Source: an uncultured Clostridia bacterium (lineage in GTDB: Bacteria; Bacillota; Clostridia; Christensenellales; UBA1242). From it: DNA of 64,000 nucleotides. Below are positions 61,901 to 64,000 of the stretch, one piece after another. The stretch covers positions 74,274 to 138,273 of the forward strand of contig CALWRJ010000023.1 in NCBI GenBank assembly GCA_944383915.1. The letters are read 5' to 3'. How positions within the stretch are numbered: the first letter of the stretch is position 1; the number at the start of each line of letters is the position of its first letter. A program made the position numbers and the translations under genes. The notes beneath the pieces were generated by a model that saw only the letters and a list, made by a program, of their open reading frames with translations, searched no databases and was not told the origin of the DNA.

Positions 61901-64000
61901 GCGCCAGTACCATTTTCAATTAAGTTTCCGCTAGTTGTGTCTGTGCCCGCGTACAAGTTAAAGGACTCAAAACCATCAATAACAGCAATTTGCACCGCAT
62001 CGCGCGCAACATTATTTTGACTGCTTACAAATCTAATTATTACCGTACCGGTACCAACTATTCTAAAACTTGTCGTGTCAAAAGTTAGCCCAGCATTCAA
62101 TTGAAGTACGTTTGTATTAGATAGTGTAATTTGCATACGCACATCGCCTGCATCTAATTCTGGGTCGCTTGCAAAATCAAACAAGTTAGATAGCATTATG
62201 TCTTGCGCGGTGTCGTCATAGAAAAGTATCAATTTTTCGCCGTCAAGTACATCATCGTTGTAAACATTTTGTATGCCATTTATAACATCACTTCGAACGC
62301 TTTCAAATGTTTTAGCGGTAATCGAAATCGAGTTTGGCACAATTCGAACGAAAGGTTCACCATCTTTTAATAAATATGGATAACCATCGTTTATGTTTGC
62401 CGAAATATCCCAGTTATTTGCGTTAAAGCCATTTTGGATATAGTAATTTAGGCTCGTAGCATTTGCGCTATTCTTGTCAAGGTAAATTAGGTTTGTTGTA
62501 CTTGTAAATAGGCTTGCATCATTTACTAAAATTATAGTTCTGCTTTGGTTTGTGCTTATGCTTCCCGTTCCAACAATGCTTAAATCATTTTCTTGACTAA
62601 ATTCAGTGTAAACGCTAAATGTCGAGGTTTGATTTCCGCTAGTACCAACGACAGCACCAAGATTTGCGTTTGTTCCGCTTACAATTCCGCGCGCGTACGC
62701 ATTAAATATCGAAGTTACTCCGGTCGTACTACCTACAAGCCCACCAATAGACATATTCCCCGCGCTTGAAAGAGAGCCAACAAGTCCAATATTTGCAAAA
62801 CTGCTTTGAATTGAAGCATTGCTACTAGTATTTATCGCACCAACTAGTCCACCAATGTTTGTGTTGTCTATGTCGCTAGTAATGTTTGGATTTTCAGCAT
62901 CAATATAGTATCCTTGCGCGATAGCGTACTCAATACTACCACCAGTCATTAGACCAACAATACCACCAAGTGAGCCACCACCACTAATACCGCAGTTATT
63001 ACTACTAAGGCTATAAACCTCATATGCGATATTACTTAAAGTACCACTATTTGAGCCAACAATTCCACCAACATTTCCCCTAGCCCTTAAAATGCCCGAA
63101 CTCATAGAATTTTGTAAATAGCCAGCATTAATTCCTACAACACCACCAAGAGAAGTGTTTTCATTAGTGCCTGTATCAATGTTTCCGTCAGCGTTGACTC
63201 CGTAAATATTTGCGCCTTCCATATTTTGCCCAACTGCGACACCTACTACCCCAGAACGCAACACTCCAGAAACTTGCGAACTTGAATCTGTTACCGTAAC
63301 GCTTGCGTACGCGGTATTTGTGTAATATTGAGTTGCGCTCGTTCCAATACTTCCTTCATTTGAACCAGCAATTGCACCAAAACTTACTTTCAAGTCGTTG
63401 CTTGTAATTCTTGCCGAGATGTTTACATTCATATTGTCAACGATACAATTTGCGCTCACCTTTCCTATCGCACCTAGGTTAAATGTCAAATAGTCGTGAA
63501 GCGTTGGAAGTGTGTTTGGGTTTTGGTATATAACATTTGAGCAAGATACTGTTACATGGTCAATAACCGCTCCGCGAGTCGAATCCCCTATTGTTGTTGA
63601 GTTTAATTCACCAACAAGAAATCCGTAGTTATATTCACCATTAATAATAGGAGTATTCATATCCTCTCGGCAAGTTGTTTGGTAAACAGTATAACTATTA
63701 ATATAGAAGTTTACATACCGAATTTCACCAGTCACTACACCAAATATTCCATAAAACATTGAGTGCGAACTATCATTTTGTGGTGATGATTGCGTCAAAT
63801 CTTTCCTTAATGTCCACCCAACAATACTTTGCGCCGTGCCTGTTCCGTCCTCACATCCCATCGAAATAATACTTCCGCTAAATGGCGCTATACGCGTTCC
63901 AATCGGCGTCCAATCAGGGTTGCGAATAAGGTAACTACTCATATCGATTGTATTCATAAGGTAATACTTGCTACTAAGACCAATTGCTGTATTGCCTATA
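52987..64000 (-). CDS. giant GLUG-repeat surface protein, at least 3671 codons, 5' end beyond the window
   Basis: The frame stays open from the ATG at 63957 up to position 64000 (IGNTAIGLSSKYYL-MNTID), and no RBS precedes that ATG. Many GGLVG/GGIVG/GGVVG units are present. Module openers of the type FTGSFNGNGHTLKNV, LNGNGYTIYL and LNGRGYSIGNI are typical of GLUG-motif adhesin-like proteins. The tail is acidic (EEGEGEVEGGETEGGDTETP). Confidence 0.85.
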   Translation of the reverse strand, partial: IGNTAIGLSSKYYLMNTIDMSSYLIRNPDWTPIGTRIAPFSGSIISMGCEDGTGTAQSIVGWTLRKDLTQSSPQNDSSHSMFYGIFGVVTGEIRYVNFYINSYTVYQTTCREDMNTPIINGEYNYGFLVGELNSTTIGDSTRGAVIDHVTVSCSNVIYQNPNTLPTLHDYLTFNLGAIGKVSANCIVDNMNVNISARITSNDLKVSFGAIAGSNEGSIGTSATQYYTNTAYASVTVTDSSSQVSGVLRSGVVGVAVGQNMEGANIYGVNADGNIDTGTNENTSLGGVVGINAGYLQNSMSSGILRARGNVGGIVGSNSGTLSNIAYEVYSLSSNNCGISGGGSLGGIVGLMTGGSIEYAIAQGYYIDAENPNITSDIDNTNIGGLVGAINTSSNASIQSSFANIGLVGSLSSAGNMSIGGLVGSTTGVTSIFNAYARGIVSGTNANLGAVVGTSGNQTSTFSVYTEFSQENDLSIVGTGSISTNQSRTIILVNDASLFTSTTNLIYLDKNSANATSLNYYIQNGFNANNWDISANINDGYPYLLKDGEPFVRIVPNSISITAKTFESVRSDVINGIQNVYNDDVLDGEKLILFYDDTAQDIMLSNLFDFASDPELDAGDVRMQITLSNTNVLQLNAGLTFDTTSFRIVGTGTVIIRFVSSQNNVARDAVQIAVIDGFESFNLYAGTDTTSGNLIENGTGANNTIRIKNGGNTQAFVEYIDNNEAVSASAVDGGLRFSVQDPDIISLGFDEWTQGDLDYYYYLDAEYSSITFVANSYSPSIEVTVTPFLRATFYTLDENLSAVSSAEYRIDIFDPHTSLVYDTVIYKGATGIAIGIADSTQVYAGDSLVSSVTVFTDNYKDGDSVLDHIGYSVRLEGADSDLINTEDGIETNDMYIQFGAVEYSLTNQTLIIPFSVSLSNMARNDLNTAQSYTITFWALDENGDPIGVTDTNGDFNYTMTAPLYFTFIPQKINHIDMAHYSDAVNSGSRLQQAGQLPTNTLIAGQYGLLNIRISPDFANYDRVEVVNASTNPEEIMFDQRILRYENDIATYYSWQTGVENIDGGVTLYRVSNIDGSFDGNYYVRTLISAVATVGSQFTVTVRIYQGENTYTQDLTMTVVAQDTLSLSYDNYNSNINTAYVAAGTGYTIGSNTLEQNRNEINVVVGSSFIDYSISASIFDSDGTDLTDTYNVLITSENGRYYLYTGTAPVGSTITVTLTGRQNMSGLINTITRTLDFLVVDFYISSISDGLVNGNSQNTTLRYPYIRDAKYDLRIFEGATLENLDTITAITFNPNDSTVRQQVMDLINRLNGIGEQRYFGWWGFVPDQDGNYYWTILEPMTDEYTTWLDSNYKFYNDYGDSGYLGYQVEGAGVSSSSRIRYDLYFDYENGHFTLIYGENVENSSRGYSTGELTLEFYQMTSQEHAQPIYTERDLMNMESGIDYILLNDIYITSNWTALTTEIASLNGNGYTIYLPNSINSNSSNYGLFDTVTENMVIKNVTIALNSNGLTLPSSISSSTSLNFGAIAGVNEGTIYNCVVNGWMNNSPRGITIPQPSDTSANFYIGGLVGTNNASGAISNSRVLYTNITGFGRVSGLVSANSGTIASSYYTGGTITNTASSTGTNVATAGLVVENNNGATIFGSFVGGAYTEYNDETGENTSVDSLSGTRDALILSGVRTAGFVYNNYGSISDSYSAAQIWAIEASGFAFSNSNSATITRCYSVSILTDASDSGVTSLSMPFIGVDSTQATENNNLNPNGIVNCYFLNTGFSSNALRLEDATELTLDQMLGNSGSTVFEGFTFSREGSEFTGVWTLVDVDNDYFTPDRFTTYLNERNQMNLGPKLVSASLIATPRLNLDEANTSVDPDTGVIQYVYTQQFVPYFTKTTNTAFGTDYSYDPVTITNATQFNNAFSTTDIVIVDDIRLARDIDQSEISATTSLNSPTIEYAGIFEGNSFTFENLNLAVNDESVSRYGLFGLIRSETTTDGILHTGTVKNLNISVTAVSCSQVDYVGALAGIVDGGNIYNINISGQNSRVIGYNAVGGAVGLITGTSRASNITANIGVTANYRANTEALYNYDLRRASGSDNAYNNIGVLGMAGGVFGIADLTQFDSVNTTTNINEAMLQYIYSTGQTSIVGKIAGGIVGALGVHTVLNYAEKTVDTMSSIRGYQFAGGLVGQNNGVIRYSNVVYTDDVQNAVDSANTGEDTTVDLDGDNITVNNTLFDNGQSTIGTGGLVGINIGYTSNGWSSGAIYYSSSKVRVRNSNGANVGGIVGVAYGGDIRAVFATGGLLGSRTANLGGIVGYIDDFSNGGNLTSIDNPFDTNVSAQTTLDYCVALNNYLASDYNYYYELSQTDTQARIGAQGGLVGYCVDPSLIYTTHTTSTGDPDEPYGNLINSINFYVNQIYNRVVLNTVVDEQTGENVINLRAVGNDEADINCATGYTRGYMLNNFDEIFDGWDSFSISNENGMPSIDIQDVPDTININTVDDYNIMYWHPDKNYILMQDIDFLAEQVAVVPVGSESAPFTGSFNGNGHTLKNVPIVQTGAMNAGIFGATDGATIRNVKIVNLYISTNLSDNLTAYVGGLIGVARNTTVSSVNITNDSTVVGAYHGISTTANNVGGLFGRFYSDGDNTASATDCYVIIDIDAQDNSYTARETSANVGGAIGQATGENTTFTNIMAEGSISATYDVTGLNITHYVGGFVGSATSVNITSAVSHMDITLNNIQSSTYAGGFVGLSNENMLDQIDSASNLTLNLVNIGSNRLFVGGVVGNISGGQVTTFISSGDITLNGEYDTSLSTTSHALGGIAGSNAGGAFQVGYSIASIFNNTRFENIDLSVFSGGLGYASVVCDTNLGLTARDTNNVGATSASVINYSASTLTRPQGSTYAYARLNTNSWSNFTDANTRYTTLYNYDTVNGDTKRTPIIISNYSNFATLLDTTGRNYLYYLQVANITGVSLELNRTLYGWYNAGGNSLTAISLDTLEYDNFTATTNKNYGIFDTLAEVNGRGSIFSGAVIRLNVSTKIGDGVNFGGLAGEIDENAKVFAVYVSGSLTLGLESGTANVGAIAGINKGQIIGSGSGLDINWYGGVDLDGNILDTGGSVNLGALVGWSSNTDTRLTFIDSFATGTITNYSRAQNTYISGFVGRVTNESGASLGFYNENCYTAVSLIDNGSAILDSVVANRNGGATNVDGVYYDNTMTTTQNTYFTPFSVASERESGVLSLGTAFISNDSVNYGLPYLRWLESNTVLKDTGSGSISSPYLINSAGLLNWALSNGRTSYYMLENDIDFNLLTRNFTKSNFAGHLNGRGYSIGNISETLIGTLSGEVSNLALNDATASVILADNVSGSASIIYTNSASGAVVSEGNISNSLSNGATFGSTATNCFTALPNNMVNLDGDIWVHTGRMVDGARVFELREFVDTVGENAKFGVSVSMISDEYIINTVDELSRLVEYANTNGGTYSVTINSGTLDLNNMALETLNNFTLNFTTVSNGLIVRNTSTGDFTSSSTNNHITTISNAGVWVLNGSVFGPTGQKFDDLSTLSITNSFVYVDTDTSLFVQNFDSARTINTVLDSVEIFTAPSVVVYGIASNIYADATVNVTIANVTASNLTALVDINNGTLNIVTDESLTLANYAITNNGTIIVNGVNIDEEGEGEVEGGETEGGDTETP

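Noticed and set aside
25370-64000. Sortase (LPXTG), SLH or choline-binding anchoring motifs in the giant proteins
   Set aside because: I scanned the translations by eye. LPxxx strings occur, but none is LPXTG followed by a hydrophobic/basic tail, and no SLH-like triplicate was seen.
1-64000. Prophage, integrative element or defence island
   Set aside because: There are no integrase, recombinase, transposase, restriction-modification, toxin-antitoxin or phage structural genes. Housekeeping genes are spread throughout the window.

Overview
This is a 64-kb chromosomal segment from a low-GC, apparently Gram-positive (Bacillota-like) bacterium. The taxon is a guess from gene content such as DegV, a SpoVB/MurJ-type flippase, alpha2-type GlyRS and HU. 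25 of the 27 supported coding regions lie on the minus strand. Ordinary housekeeping genes (pgk, dusB, hup, glmM, trxB, acpP, cysS, aspS, glyQS, degV, an ABC-F ATPase and two transporters) are interleaved with cell-surface genes. These are a 912-aa BspA-type LRR protein and three giant ORFs of 4469 aa, 2519 aa and at least 3671 aa (the last still open at the window edge), which together fill about half the window. No rRNA, tRNA, CRISPR array, transposase, integrase or phage gene was found. Four things seem most worth a second look. (1) A mosaic repeat family, which I cannot assign to any named family, occupies 11 of the 18 intergenic spacers longer than 100 nt. It is built from 7-bp-period AATTNNN arrays, small GC-rich hairpins, an AT-rich core bounded by TTAAGG/CCTTAA, and a ~190-nt composite unit with an ~80-nt core that shows a compensatory stem change. 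(2) A G10 tract sits inside a short upstream ORF ahead of the LRR surface-protein gene. One extra G would open a 108-codon frame that stops at a TAA directly abutting the LRR ATG. (3) The giant-ORF cluster itself, built from FN3-like, Big_2-like and GLUG-like repeats. (4) Perfect or near-perfect direct repeats bracket the ABC-F gene and glyQS. All family calls come from reading motifs by eye; no database search was run.
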